DNA from: an uncultured Bacteroidales bacterium
GTDB lineage: Bacteria; Bacteroidota; Bacteroidia; Bacteroidales; P3
Assembly (NCBI GenBank): GCA_937881815.1
Contig: CALGEC010000047.1
Span: 103,040 to 167,039, forward strand
Direction of reading: 5' to 3'
DNA length: 64,000 nt
Shown: positions 34,903 to 44,801 of the stretch, piece after piece
How positions within the stretch are numbered: the first letter of the stretch is position 1
Layout of the letters: each line of letters begins with the position of its first letter
Made by a program: the position numbers and the translations under genes
Notes under the pieces: generated by a model
Seen by the model: only the letters and a program-made list of their open reading frames with translations
Databases searched by the model: none
Told to the model about the DNA's origin: nothing

Positions 34903-35588
34903 AAATAAGTATCTAATATTTCATCTACTACTTGTTTTACTCCAATACCTGCTTTTTGTTTCACAAAAACAATATTCTTATCTGTGATATTAACATTATT
35001 TGGGTCAATAAGATATTTCTTACAATTCTTTTTTGTATAGTGTAAAAGTCCTGCTGCAGGATAAACATTAAGACTTGTTCCTATTATTATCATTATGTCA
35101 GCTTGTTCACATAATGATATAGCAGGCTCTATATTAGGAACGGATTCCCCAAACCAAACTATATATGGCCTTAACGGTTTTCCATAATTATCCTTCATAT
35201 CTTCAGTAAGCTCCCAACCATCAAGCAATCTTACATCATTAGAATCTATTTCGCTACAAACTTTCTTTAATTCCCCATGTAAATGAAGAACATTTTTACA
35301 ACCAGCTCTTTCATGTAAATCATCTACATTTTGAGTTATTATCTGTAAATCAAAATCTTTTTCTAATCGCAATAACTGTTTATGTCCTTCATTAGGCTCT
35401 ACATTATATAATTCTCTTCGTCTTTGATTATAGAAACTTCTAACTAAATCAGGATTTCTTCTCCATGCATTAAAAGTTGCGACATCTTCAACTCTATGAT
35501 TTTCCCATAAACCATCGCTATCTCGAAACGTTTTGATGCCACTTTCTTGACTTATTCCTGCTCCTGTTAAAACTACTATCTTTTTCAT
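34899..35588 (-). CDS. cobB: NAD-dependent protein deacylase (Sir2 family)
   Basis: 229 aa. GAGISQESGIKTFR, QNVDDLHERAG and LHGEL motifs. ATGA overlap with miaB. Confidence 0.9.
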   Translation of the reverse strand: MKKIVVLTGAGISQESGIKTFRDSDGLWENHRVEDVATFNAWRRNPDLVRSFYNQRRRELYNVEPNEGHKQLLRLEKDFDLQIITQNVDDLHERAGCKNVLHLHGELKKVCSEIDSNDVRLLDGWELTEDMKDNYGKPLRPYIVWFGESVPNIEPAISLCEQADIMIIIGTSLNVYPAAGLLHYTKKNCKKYLIDPNNVNITDKNIVFVKQKAGIGVKQVVDEILDTYL

Positions 35589-35590
35589 AA

Positions 35591-36313
35591 TTAATCCTTA
35601 TGATAATCAAGAATACTTTTGCTCATTGCTGAATACAATTCACCCTCACTTGAAGATAATTTATTAATATGAAGATTCATTATATTGAAATCTTCTCTTA
35701 TTGCTGGACCTGTTTGCAAAGAAAATATATCATCAGAAGTTTTTATATTTTCTATCGTTCTATCAATAATCGGAAATAGCATTTCAAAAGGAATATTATT
35801 TCTATCCAAAATTTCTTTTGAAATACCGAATAGATGATTTGTGAAATTATTTGCAAATACAGCTGCAATATGAAGATATTGTCTTTGTTCGTCAGAGACA
35901 AAACGAGTTAATTTCGAAAGACTTTCAGCGAACCCTTTTAAACTTTCCAAATATTCTTCATTATTTACATAATAACACAAAGGAACTTTTGAGAAATTTA
36001 TATCCTTTTTCTTATTCAATGACTGCAAAGGATAAAGACATCCATAATTAACTGCCTTTTCAGATAAAATTTCTGTTTTAGTAAATCCTGATGTATGCAA
36101 CAACAAGCCATCAACTTTTGGCAATTTATTTAAAACCTCTTTTATTGCATCATCTTTTACAGCAATTATAACAACATCGCTTTCCACATCATTCAAAACA
36201 AAATCTTTACGAGAAGAAATTATTTTAACATCATATCCCTTCTCTTTCATTATTTTGTGATAATGAAAAGCGACATTGCCACTTCCTATTATGTTGATAG
36301 TTCTTATTTTCAC
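35591..36313 (-). CDS. Rossmann-fold protein (DUF2520-like, ProC-related) of unknown function
   Basis: 240 aa. N-terminal IIGSGNVAF dinucleotide-binding motif; the C-terminal half is of DUF2520-like type. Confidence 0.55.
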   Translation of the reverse strand: MKIRTINIIGSGNVAFHYHKIMKEKGYDVKIISSRKDFVLNDVESDVVIIAVKDDAIKEVLNKLPKVDGLLLHTSGFTKTEILSEKAVNYGCLYPLQSLNKKKDINFSKVPLCYYVNNEEYLESLKGFAESLSKLTRFVSDEQRQYLHIAAVFANNFTNHLFGISKEILDRNNIPFEMLFPIIDRTIENIKTSDDIFSLQTGPAIREDFNIMNLHINKLSSSEGELYSAMSKSILDYHKD

Positions 36314-37845
36314 TATAGGTTTATCTTTTCTGCAGCTATCTTTATTCTAGATATAATTTCTTGTTTACCCAAAATTTTCATTATATCTACCATGTTAACA
36401 CCTTTAGTGTCTCCAACCACAGCCAAGCGAATTGAATTCATAATTTGTCCCATATTCAATTCGTTTTCTGATATATATTTCATCAAGAACTCTTCTGCAT
36501 TATCAGCCCAAGAAGAATTATCGTCTATTTCACTCATTCTTTCAGCTATAATACATAGTCTTTCACTTGTTCCTTCTTTCCAACGTTTCTTTAAAGCTTT
36601 TTCAGCATAAGAATCAGGAGCTACAAAGAAATAATCGCTATTATCCCAAATATCTTTTACGAAATTACATCTTTCTTTAACCAAACCAACAATACTTTTT
36701 ACCTTATCCAAAGAAGCATCTATATTTCTTTCTTTTAAGTCTTTTATAAACTCTTGAGCCAACACTTCATCATCTACTTTTTGTAAATATTGATGATTAA
36801 ACCATTTAGCTTTTTCTAAGTCGAATTTAGCTCCGTGTTTAGAAATTCTATCTATAGAGAATATTTCAACTAATTCATTCAATGAAAATATTTCTTGCTC
36901 AGTTCCTGAATTCCAACCTAATAAAGCTAACATATTGATAACAGCTTCCGGTAAATATCCACTTTCTCTATATCCTGATGAAATTTCTTTTGATTTTGGG
37001 TCAGTCCATTGTAAAGGAAATACAGGGAAACCTAATCTATCACCATCTCTTTTTGATAATTTTCCATTACCATCTGGTTTTAATAACAATGGTAAATGAG
37101 CAAATTGAGGCATAGTATCTTCCCAACCAAACGCTTTATATAACATAACATGCAAAGGGCAAGAAGGCAACCATTCTTCACCTCTAATAACGTGAGAAAT
37201 ACACATTAAATGATCATCAACTATGTTAGCCAAGTGATAAGTTGGCATTCCGTCAGATTTATATAACACCTTATCGTCTAATAAAGAAGAATTCATTTTA
37301 ACATATCCTCTTATTAAGTCGTCAAGATGAATATCTTCATTCTCTGGGAACTTAAATCTTATAACGTATGCTACTCCTTGATTTAATAAATCTTCTACTT
37401 CCTCTTTTGAAAGAGACAAAGAGTTTCTTAATCCTTTTCTTGTATTACAGTCATATTGAAAGTTTTTCTTTTCACTTTCATATTGTTTTCTTAAAACATC
37501 TAATTCTTCTGGAGTATCAAAAGCATAGTATGCCCAACCTTTTTCTACAAGTTCCAATGCATACTTTTTATATAATTCTTTCCTATCGGACTGTTTGTAA
37601 GGACCATATTCTCCTCCTATTCCTACTCCTTCATCAAATTTTAATCCTAACCATTTGAATGATTCCACTATATAATCCTCTGCTCCTTCAACAAATCTTG
37701 TTTGATCGGTGTCTTCTATTCTTAAAATAAAATCTCCGCCATTTTGTTTTGCAAATAAATAATTATACAAAGCCGTTCTGACTCCACCAATATGCAATGG
37801 CCCTGTTGGAGAAGGGGCAAATCTAACTCTTACTTTTCTTTCCAT
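36313..37845 (-). CDS. gltX: glutamate--tRNA ligase
   Basis: 510 aa. HIGH motif ([17 protein letters not shown]) and the KLSKR (KMSKS) motif. Confidence 0.95.
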   Translation of the reverse strand: MERKVRVRFAPSPTGPLHIGGVRTALYNYLFAKQNGGDFILRIEDTDQTRFVEGAEDYIVESFKWLGLKFDEGVGIGGEYGPYKQSDRKELYKKYALELVEKGWAYYAFDTPEELDVLRKQYESEKKNFQYDCNTRKGLRNSLSLSKEEVEDLLNQGVAYVIRFKFPENEDIHLDDLIRGYVKMNSSLLDDKVLYKSDGMPTYHLANIVDDHLMCISHVIRGEEWLPSCPLHVMLYKAFGWEDTMPQFAHLPLLLKPDGNGKLSKRDGDRLGFPVFPLQWTDPKSKEISSGYRESGYLPEAVINMLALLGWNSGTEQEIFSLNELVEIFSIDRISKHGAKFDLEKAKWFNHQYLQKVDDEVLAQEFIKDLKERNIDASLDKVKSIVGLVKERCNFVKDIWDNSDYFFVAPDSYAEKALKKRWKEGTSERLCIIAERMSEIDDNSSWADNAEEFLMKYISENELNMGQIMNSIRLAVVGDTKGVNMVDIMKILGKQEIISRIKIAAEKINL

Positions 37846-37873
37846 TTCTATTATTGTCTATTTTATCAAACTA

Positions 37874-37881
37874 CAAAAATA
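37874..37881 (-). promoter_or_regulatory. -7 box TATTTTTG upstream of gltX
   Basis: Plus strand caaaaata, 28 nt from ATG 37845. Confidence 0.5.
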
Positions 37882-37914
37882 CAAAAAAGACTGTTTCTTG
37901 AGAAAATTTTATCT

Positions 37915-40899
37915 TTATTTTAAATAAATAATCTTACGTGAATAAATTTCTTTGTTAATTTCAAATCTAAGTAAATATGATCCAACCTTAGGAATTTTTA
38001 TATCATTAGTTTTTGATTTTGAAATCATTACCCCTTTCATATCATATAAAAAAATATTTTCTATTTCATCATTTGATATTACTTTTACAATATTTCCATT
38101 TTGAATAATTTTAAAATTATCCATATCATCTACTCGTAATAAATCTAAATCAAAAGAATACAATTTCAAAACAAAATGCTTTTCCTCATTGCTTGACATT
38201 GGCTGAAATATATAAGAGCTATCTTGAACAAAATCTATCAAAAATTCATAATTATTATCATACAATTCTGCTCTTATAACATTTTGAGGAAGAGTTTTCA
38301 TCTTTAACTCATAATTAGATAAGTTTTTAGTATTACATGTTATAGGTAAAACAATAGAATCCTGCCATAAAGGAAGAGAAACAATAGACAAATCTTTTTG
38401 GGCATAATTAGAATATATGTCAGGAGCCTTTGAGAAACTAAAAAGCTTATAAACATCATACGCATCAATACTTTCAGAAACATTTTCCCTAAAATAAATC
38501 TTCAAATCATCTTCCCCATACTCATACGTAAAATTTAAATGAAGCTTATTTATATTTGAAATAACATTTTCTTGATTTTGCAACGCTTGCTTATGAATTT
38601 TTAATAAATTTTCATTAGATCCAACCTTTGTCATAAAACCCGTAAAAGGCGGAATAATAAACAAAGAAGATTCATTAGGATTATACGGTATAAACTGACC
38701 TGTTTCAGGTTTAAGCAACCACATTCCAACAATATTATTCTTAGTAAAATTATTGTAATTCACCGAAAAAGGATACGGATTCGCACAAAGATGATAACCA
38801 TTTCCTTCCTGTTCGCTATAAGACGCATTATTTAATAATTCTAATTCCTCATCAAAAAACAAATCTCCTTCCCATTCCAATTCCTTATTTTGAGAATATG
38901 AAAGTAGATAACCAAAGTTTTGTTTGAAAAAATTAGAATCTTCAAGATTTTCATTGTAAGCAATCCACTCAGAACTCATTGGAGAATAATCCTCTTTTAA
39001 ATAATACAAATTTTCTCCTTCTTCAATGCTAAAATCATTAAATATCTCTTCGCAATCTTTATTTAAAATATTTATTGGTAAACCAACAAACATCAAATTA
39101 TTTTCTTGATGAGAAAATGCTGAAAAATATGGTTTTACAACACACTTGTTTACCAATAAACTACCATGATTTTTAATTTCTGCTTTATTGACATTATCGC
39201 AAGTAGAATAATCTGAATTTATAACCAACTCTGCACATTGAGCAGTTGTATTTTGAGGAATATTTACCTTTATTCCATAAGGTAAAACAACTCTATCCAA
39301 AGCGCTTGGCAATGCTCCATTATCCCAAATCGTTGAATCATTCCAATCCCCTGTACATACAGCATTTATCTTCTTACCCATTCTAAAAGTTGTTGTAGCA
39401 ATAACATCTTCATTATCCTTTATTTGACAACGATACACTCCATCAAAATCAACATTATTTAGATAAATAGAATCTTGCTCAACACTCAAAGATAAATTAC
39501 TGATATTATGTATCTCCATTGTTGGATCTATTGTCTGACTACCAAGTATTGAATTAAGAGTTTCAAGATTAAACTCACTAATATCCCACTGAGAATAAAC
39601 ACTATCTACATTTATAGGATTATGTTTTACACCTTTTTTTATATGACTTTGCCTAATTAAAATAGAATTTGCAAAAGAAAGTGGTTCCGCTTCAGAATTA
39701 GAAATTTTTACTCGTCCAAACAAATCTATTGTATCATATATATTATCAGAATATTTTTTCAAAAGTAAATAAGAATCATTTCCCCCAGAGAAAGCAGAGT
39801 TTGATTGAATAGGATATACAATTAAATTGGTATCACAAGGAGAAATATTTGAATTTAAGGCAATTAGAATACACGAATTGCTTTTTACACTATCTTTTTC
39901 AAAGAATATATACCTCAAAGGATTTGAAGAAATAATAGAATTATGCTGATATGCAACAAATTCATAATCTTGCAAACATATATCTCTCTCTGTAGGGTTA
40001 AATATCTCAACAACATTAACAGAAGAAGTAGTTGCAACCTTTGAGATCAACAAATCATCAGCCATATTTGAGAGGGAATCTACTGAAAATAAGAAAATTG
40101 TATTATTATCATTGTTTATCCACGATAGAAGTACACTATCAGTATTTAATACCTGAGGAAAAAAATTATCAATCTGTTTTTCAGTAATAAAATAATAAGT
40201 ATTAGCAACAGATAAATCTTGATTCACAATTTCAATATAATATTTTGTTTCAGGCATAAGTTCTTGGAAACTAAGGATATTGCTATCTAAATTATAACTT
40301 ATCATTTCTCGTGGAGATAAAACTTTAATATCATCAATCAACAAAGAACTTCCGTCTGCATTTTGTTTGCCAAATTCAATAAAAGAGCACGCTGACAAGT
40401 TGAATACTTTAACACTATCTATGTTTTTCTTTAAATAGAAAATAGTATCGCTAACTATAAGTTGAGAATTAGAGCTTCCGTTTTTCACACGAAATGATAG
40501 TTGAGAATTTTCTGGTATTGAGAGTCTTGGCGTCCTAAATTTCGAATCTATATATTGAATATTGCAAGCATTATCTTGACTTAATTTTAATTTTCTTGCT
40601 TTACAATTTGGAGATTGAGTCATTGAACTTGGTAAAATTGTCAATCCTGCATTTCCTCCTATGGTAGTGGCTAATCCTATTTGACCTTGCCGTGAAAAAT
40701 CATTGAAATCTTCTTCAAATAACAAAGTATCTTTGAAAACTCTTATTGACTGGTTTTCAGTAATATCAAGATTGATAAGAGCAGTTGTTGCTTTAATAAT
40801 ATAACTCGCTGAATCCAAGTTAGTTTGTACTTGATTTGCTGAAAAAATCAAAGAATTGGAAACAAATAATAAAACAATAACTGCTACAATCTTTTTCAT
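37915..40899 (-). CDS. large secreted protein with lamin-tail-domain-like segment and T9SS C-terminal sorting domain
   Basis: 994 aa. Signal peptide. LTD-like stretch VNVVEIFNPTERDICLQDYEFVAY...GGNDSYLLLKKYSDNIYDTIDLFG. C-terminal IFLYDMKGVMI...GSYLLRFEINKEIYSRKIIYLK typical of a T9SS CTD. Confidence 0.6.
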   Translation of the reverse strand: MKKIVAVIVLLFVSNSLIFSANQVQTNLDSASYIIKATTALINLDITENQSIRVFKDTLLFEEDFNDFSRQGQIGLATTIGGNAGLTILPSSMTQSPNCKARKLKLSQDNACNIQYIDSKFRTPRLSIPENSQLSFRVKNGSSNSQLIVSDTIFYLKKNIDSVKVFNLSACSFIEFGKQNADGSSLLIDDIKVLSPREMISYNLDSNILSFQELMPETKYYIEIVNQDLSVANTYYFITEKQIDNFFPQVLNTDSVLLSWINNDNNTIFLFSVDSLSNMADDLLISKVATTSSVNVVEIFNPTERDICLQDYEFVAYQHNSIISSNPLRYIFFEKDSVKSNSCILIALNSNISPCDTNLIVYPIQSNSAFSGGNDSYLLLKKYSDNIYDTIDLFGRVKISNSEAEPLSFANSILIRQSHIKKGVKHNPINVDSVYSQWDISEFNLETLNSILGSQTIDPTMEIHNISNLSLSVEQDSIYLNNVDFDGVYRCQIKDNEDVIATTTFRMGKKINAVCTGDWNDSTIWDNGALPSALDRVVLPYGIKVNIPQNTTAQCAELVINSDYSTCDNVNKAEIKNHGSLLVNKCVVKPYFSAFSHQENNLMFVGLPINILNKDCEEIFNDFSIEEGENLYYLKEDYSPMSSEWIAYNENLEDSNFFKQNFGYLLSYSQNKELEWEGDLFFDEELELLNNASYSEQEGNGYHLCANPYPFSVNYNNFTKNNIVGMWLLKPETGQFIPYNPNESSLFIIPPFTGFMTKVGSNENLLKIHKQALQNQENVISNINKLHLNFTYEYGEDDLKIYFRENVSESIDAYDVYKLFSFSKAPDIYSNYAQKDLSIVSLPLWQDSIVLPITCNTKNLSNYELKMKTLPQNVIRAELYDNNYEFLIDFVQDSSYIFQPMSSNEEKHFVLKLYSFDLDLLRVDDMDNFKIIQNGNIVKVISNDEIENIFLYDMKGVMISKSKTNDIKIPKVGSYLLRFEINKEIYSRKIIYLK

Positions 40900-40914
40900 A
40901 ATAAAATAGCTTTT

Positions 40915-42453
40915 TTACCTACCCCAACTTTCTCTATCTAAGTTTCTGTAAGTTATAGCTTCTGCTAAATGAGCGTCTTGAATATTTTCGCATTTTTCAA
41001 GATCTGCAATAGTACGTGCAACTTTCAAAATTCTATCGTAAGCACGAGCAGAAAGCCCTAAACGTTCCATAACATTTCGCAAAAGTTCCATTCCTGAAGG
41101 CTGTATTTTACAAAACTTTTTCATTAAAGCAGTATTCATTTGCGCATTACAATGTATGTCAGGATAATCTTTAAATCTTTCTTGTTGAATCTTTCTTGCT
41201 TCAATAACACGTTTTCTTATAACTTCACTTGACTCTCCTTCTTTTAATGTAGAGAGTTCTTTAAATGGAACAGGCACTACTTCTAACTGAATATCGATTC
41301 TATCCAATAAAGGACCAGAAACTTTGTTAAGATACTTGTTTACAGCACCTAATCCACAAGTACAAGCTTGCGTAGGGTGATTATAATATCCGCAAGGACA
41401 AGGATTCATTGCTGCAACTAACATAAAACTTGCTGGATATTCGCTTGTTTGTTTTGTTCGTGCAATTGTAATTTTTCTTTCTTCCATTGGCTGACGCAAC
41501 ACCTCTAATACATTTCTCTTAAACTCAGGTAATTCGTCTAGAAACAACACTCCATTGTGAGCAAGCGAAATTTCACCAGGCTGAGGATAAGATCCACCTC
41601 CTACAAGTGCAGTATCGCTAATCGTATGATGTGGATTTCTAAATGGACGTACAGAAACAATGGATTGAAAACTACTCATTCTACCTGCAACTGAATGTAT
41701 TTTAGTTGTTTCCAATGCTTCTTCTATTGTTAATGGCGGAAGAATTGATGGTAATCTTTTAGCAAGCATTGTTTTTCCACTACCAGGAGAGCCAACCATA
41801 AGAATATTGTGAGAACCTGCTGCGGCAACTTCCATTGCCCTTTTTACGCTTTCTTGACCTTTAACATCAATGAAATCAAACTCATAATTATCTAAACTTT
41901 TCGCAAATTCCTCTTGAATATCCAAGAAAGTATGTTCCAAAGAGTTTTGTCCATCAAAAAAATTGATTACATCTAAAATAGTATCTGCTCCAAAAACTTC
42001 TAATCCCTTTACAATAGCTGCTTCTTTCGCATTACACTTTGGTAAAATTATTCCTTTAAATCCTTGTTTCTTAGCTTCCAAAGCAATAGGTAAAGCTCCT
42101 TTTATTTTATTTAAAGAACCATCAAGAGAAAGTTCTCCCATAATGATATAATCTGCAAGTTTATCGCAACAAATCTGCTCTGAGGCTCCAAGAATGCCTA
42201 TTGCCAAAGGTAAATCGTAAGCTGAACCCTCTTTTTTCAAATCGGCAGGAGCCATATTTATTACAATCTTTTTACCAGGTATTTTATAGCCATAGTAATT
42301 CAAAGCCGAGGCTATTCGTTGCTGACTTTCCTTCACCGCATTGTCAGGAAGACCCACTAAAAGAAAGTTAATGCCTTTATCAACGTTTACTTCAATTGTT
42401 ATTGTTGTTGCAACAATTCCTGAAATTGCAGAGCCATAAACTTTAATCAACAT
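40915..42453 (-). CDS. comM: YifB/ComM family ATPase (Mg-chelatase-like, competence helicase family)
   Basis: 512 aa. Lon-protease-like N-domain, Walker A GSPGSGKT, VLFLDELPEF, and the CPCGY zinc motif. Confidence 0.9.
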   Translation of the reverse strand: MLIKVYGSAISGIVATTITIEVNVDKGINFLLVGLPDNAVKESQQRIASALNYYGYKIPGKKIVINMAPADLKKEGSAYDLPLAIGILGASEQICCDKLADYIIMGELSLDGSLNKIKGALPIALEAKKQGFKGIILPKCNAKEAAIVKGLEVFGADTILDVINFFDGQNSLEHTFLDIQEEFAKSLDNYEFDFIDVKGQESVKRAMEVAAAGSHNILMVGSPGSGKTMLAKRLPSILPPLTIEEALETTKIHSVAGRMSSFQSIVSVRPFRNPHHTISDTALVGGGSYPQPGEISLAHNGVLFLDELPEFKRNVLEVLRQPMEERKITIARTKQTSEYPASFMLVAAMNPCPCGYYNHPTQACTCGLGAVNKYLNKVSGPLLDRIDIQLEVVPVPFKELSTLKEGESSEVIRKRVIEARKIQQERFKDYPDIHCNAQMNTALMKKFCKIQPSGMELLRNVMERLGLSARAYDRILKVARTIADLEKCENIQDAHLAEAITYRNLDRESWGR

Positions 42454-42766
42454 TTAATTTTGCATTTTTTTGTTTTAAACAATCTACGAGTTCACTCATT
42501 TGTTTTGGATTATTCATATAGTACTCCAAACTTTTATTATATTCCTGAGTTGTAATGTTGTATTTCTCTAAAATATCGCTATTGAATTGTTTTAGTATGT
42601 TTTCTTTATTTGCATCTTCACTATATGCGGATTGGACTAAGACTTCTGCTTTTTTAGAGTCAATAATAATTGATGCCATTATTTCTGCATCAATGTAAGT
42701 CTCTGTTTTTTTGCAAGAAGTAAGGGTAAACAAAATTGTAAGTAAAAATAGGTTTAAATATCTCAT
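42443..42766 (-). CDS. small lipoprotein (DUF4296-like)
   Basis: 107 aa. Lipobox LTSCKK and a helical remainder. Overlaps both neighbours. Confidence 0.4.
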   Translation of the reverse strand: MRYLNLFLLTILFTLTSCKKTETYIDAEIMASIIIDSKKAEVLVQSAYSEDANKENILKQFNSDILEKYNITTQEYNKSLEYYMNNPKQMSELVDCLKQKNAKLNVD

Positions 42767-43638
42767 ATTCTTTCTAATACTAATTCTATCAATTTTTTCA
42801 TGGAATGGTGATAATCTTCTGCAAATTCGCCTGTTTCGCGATTTGCAATCACATTACAAATTGTCAATACATTGTGTCCAAGATTTTTACCTAAAGCATA
42901 AAGGGAAGATGTTTCCATTTCATAGTTTGCAGCCTTTGTTTTATTAAAGGTAAATCCTCCTATTTTTGAGTTAATTGTTGAATCGGCTAAGTTAAGTCTT
43001 ATTTTCCTTCCTTGTGGTCCATAAAAACCAGGAGCTGTTATCGTAATTGCTTTGTGCATATCAAAGGCAATTTTTTCTATTAAGTTTTCGCTACTCTCAA
43101 CTCCATAAGGCTTTGGTAAATCTTTTGACCAATTCATATATTCTACAAAGCTATCTGATAGTGTCTTTATTAAAACCTCATCATTGTTTTTATAAAAATA
43201 CATAATGCCATCTATACCTATGGCATACTTTGAGGCGATATATTGGTTTACTCCTATTTCTTTGTGAAAGCAACCACAAGTTCCTAATCTTACTAAATTA
43301 AGTTGACGTTTGTTTGATAAAACTTCTCGAGTATTTAAATCAATATTCACACACGCATCTAACTCCGTTACAACTATGTCTATATTATCTACACCCATTC
43401 CCGTAGAAATTGCGGTTATTGGTTTGCCTTTGTATTCTCCTGTACAAGAGTGTATTTCTCTGTTTTGAGTTTCATATTTCTTCGTATCAAAAAACGAGGA
43501 TACTAAATCAACTCTTGCAGGGTCGCCAACCAAAATAATATTATCTGCAATCATTTCGGGTTTTAGGCGTATGTGATACATAGATTTATCAGGGGCTAAA
43601 ACAAGTTCTGAATTGGTTAAATTATTTCTTTGAGTCAT
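42763..43638 (-). CDS. nucleoside phosphorylase (PNP_UDP_1 family, uridine-phosphorylase-like)
   Basis: 291 aa. ILVGDPARV, ISTGMGVDNIDIVVTEL, VRLGTCG and NYEMETSSLYAL motifs. Confidence 0.7.
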   Translation of the reverse strand: MTQRNNLTNSELVLAPDKSMYHIRLKPEMIADNIILVGDPARVDLVSSFFDTKKYETQNREIHSCTGEYKGKPITAISTGMGVDNIDIVVTELDACVNIDLNTREVLSNKRQLNLVRLGTCGCFHKEIGVNQYIASKYAIGIDGIMYFYKNNDEVLIKTLSDSFVEYMNWSKDLPKPYGVESSENLIEKIAFDMHKAITITAPGFYGPQGRKIRLNLADSTINSKIGGFTFNKTKAANYEMETSSLYALGKNLGHNVLTICNVIANRETGEFAEDYHHSMKKLIELVLERI

Positions 43639-43646
43639 TATTTTTT

Positions 43647-43687
43647 TTCTTTGTTTTAAAAAATTATTTCTTTGATTTATTTTTTTA
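43647..43687. repeat. 41-nt intergenic repeat, copy 2
   Basis: ttctttgttttaaaaaattatttctttgAtttattttttta. Lies between the dprA stop and the nucleoside phosphorylase start. Confidence 0.85.
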
Positions 43688-43691
43688 TTTC

Positions 43692-44801
43692 TTAGGATAA
43701 AATTTCGTAAATCTTACCTGGTAATGCTTTAATAAATCCTTTTAATTCCAAAGTCATAAGGGTAGAGTTTAAAACAGAGAATCCAAGAGAGCAGTAATCA
43801 TTTATAGAGTCTAAACTTGCCTTTTGATTTTCTTTTATATATTTATAGACTTTTAATTCTGTGGAATTGAGTTGATTTTCTATGTTATGTGTTTCGTTTT
43901 TAGGCAATGGTGTAGGAGAGACTGTGATTTGATTCCAATTCATAGTCTCTGCTATTTTTTCTAATTTACATAGGTCTATTGCTTGATTGTCTGCTATAAT
44001 TTTATTGCAACCTGCGGAATTCACATCGCCTAATCTGCCTGGTACAGCAAAGACTTCTCGATTGTAATCTTGTGCTAATTTTGCTGTAATCAAAGAACCG
44101 CCTTTTGTTTTGCTTTCAACTACAATGCATGCATCGCAAAGCCCTGCAATAATTCTATTTCTGCGAGGAAAATTATGAGAAGCTACCTCTGTGCCAGAAA
44201 AGAATTCTGAAACTAAAGCTCCTTTATCGCACATAGCTTTTGCTAAATCCCAATTTTGTGTAGGATATATTTTATCTAATCCATGTCCTAAAACTCCGAA
44301 GGTAGGAATATCCTCTGCAAGTGAACGCAAATGTGTGATAGAATCAACTCCGTAAGCAAGGCCACTAATAGTTGCAACATTATATTGTCGTAAATAGTGA
44401 ACAATATTTGATGTTATCCATTTTCCATAATCACTTGGATTTCTTGTTCCAACAATGGCTACCGTCCTTTGAAAATCTAAATTACCTTCTCCTCTAACAA
44501 ATAAACAAATTGGAGGATCATCTATTTGTTTTAAACGATATGGGTAATTATCATCTTTAAAAAAATAAGCCTTTATATTGTTTTTTAAAATAAAGTTTAG
44601 CTCTTTTTCGCAATCACTAAACATTGTTTTGTTCAATATTTCATTTATTGTTCTTTCTCTTGTTCCAAATATGGTTTTTAAGGCTTTTGGAGTTTCATTG
44701 AACAAATCTTCTGCCGTAGGATAAAGTTCCAGCAATTTTTTTGCAATTGCTGGTCCTATTCCATAAGTTTTTGATAAAGCAAGTGAATAAATGCTTATCA
44801 T
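43692..44801 (-). CDS. dprA: DNA-processing protein DprA
   Basis: 369 aa. VAIVGTRNPSDYG, ISGLAYGVDSITH, NFPRRNRIIAGL, KGGSLITA and a C-terminal winged-helix-like tail. Confidence 0.9.
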   Translation of the reverse strand: MISIYSLALSKTYGIGPAIAKKLLELYPTAEDLFNETPKALKTIFGTRERTINEILNKTMFSDCEKELNFILKNNIKAYFFKDDNYPYRLKQIDDPPICLFVRGEGNLDFQRTVAIVGTRNPSDYGKWITSNIVHYLRQYNVATISGLAYGVDSITHLRSLAEDIPTFGVLGHGLDKIYPTQNWDLAKAMCDKGALVSEFFSGTEVASHNFPRRNRIIAGLCDACIVVESKTKGGSLITAKLAQDYNREVFAVPGRLGDVNSAGCNKIIADNQAIDLCKLEKIAETMNWNQITVSPTPLPKNETHNIENQLNSTELKVYKYIKENQKASLDSINDYCSLGFSVLNSTLMTLELKGFIKALPGKIYEILS

